DNA of 46,272 nucleotides. It comes from an uncultured Pseudomonadota bacterium (GTDB lineage: Bacteria; Babelota; Babeliae; Babelales; JAUPTZ01). Location: contig CAYSBJ010000002.1 of the NCBI GenBank assembly GCA_964429275.1, positions 346,459 through 392,730 of the forward strand, given 5' to 3'. Position 1 is the first letter of the stretch; every line of letters starts with the position of its first letter. Below the pieces are notes generated by a model, which worked only from the letters and a program-made list of their open reading frames with translations, ran no database searches and had not been told where the DNA came from. Made by a program: the position numbers and the translations under genes. This document shows, in pieces, positions 45,901 to 46,272 of the stretch.

Positions 45901-46146
45901 TTACCGGAACGTCACAGAACGCACATAACCGCACAAATATTCATCAGCCGCTTTATACAAATCAGCATCTTCAATGTTCATTAACAGCACAGTCGCAACA
46001 TCCCGAGAGGGATAGTACGCAACTTGGGCACAACACCCCCGCAAAGCACCGGTCGATACAATCCGCAGCCTCTCGCCATCTTCTCTGCGACAGCCATATC
46101 CAACGCTACCAACCGTCAACCCAAAGAGTTTTTCTCGCAGCGACAT
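45901..46146 (-). pseudogene. Possible C-terminal remnant of a beta-lactamase-family serine hydrolase
   Basis: GYG..STGALRG..QVAYYPSRDVATVLLMN resembles the family C-terminus (YGYG..HxG..YxP..VVLxN); no SxxK region. Confidence 0.35.
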
Positions 46147-46272
46147 ATCGTTCTGCGGCGCAATAAAATACAGGCAAAAAAAAGACCAGCGATTAAGCTG
46201 GTCTAAAATTTTTATGTCTATGACATCAAGCAGAAAATAGAGGATTCAGTTTATTACTGAATTAATTGTCGT

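Noticed and set aside
1..46272. Numerous 60-270 aa antisense or overlapping ORFs in the track (e.g. 1890..2402-, 22295..23098+, 8578..9180-, 24956..25483+)
   Set aside because: They are shadows of well-supported genes on the other strand or frame, with no motifs or RBS

Overview
Bacterial chromosomal segment with no rRNA, CRISPR array, integrase or transposase. The gene content suggests a protist-associated intracellular bacterium such as Dependentiae/Babeliota (TM6); this is inference from signal-peptide MutS-domain-V proteins, an archaeal/eukaryote-type ATP-dependent ligase, eukaryote-like FAMeT repeats and many secreted orphans. Housekeeping genes are scattered out of their usual operons: rpmH-rnpA-yidD, rsmG, sod, lig, plsY, secD, hemW, uvrD/pcrA, glmM, tlyA, grpE, tRNA-Met, tRNA-Leu, a TolC-MFP-MacB-like ABC exporter, and M16, M3 and Deg proteases. 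Most notable observations: (1) a tRNA-Leu with the rare bacterial A34 anticodon AAG; (2) an unannotated ~100-nt promoter-to-terminator sRNA candidate with an anti-SD-like seed; (3) a three-gene cluster of secreted coiled-coil proteins with amphipathic Trp-containing helices; (4) a MerR/TipA module with a 19-bp-spacer promoter, an internal TipAS-like start and a neighbouring exported TipAS-like protein; (5) two exported MutS-V paralogues, one with the ATPase core cleanly deleted; (6) a MITE with a nested REP/RPE-like palindrome and a structured RNA behind tRNA-Leu. All calls come from reading the sequence; no database searches were run.
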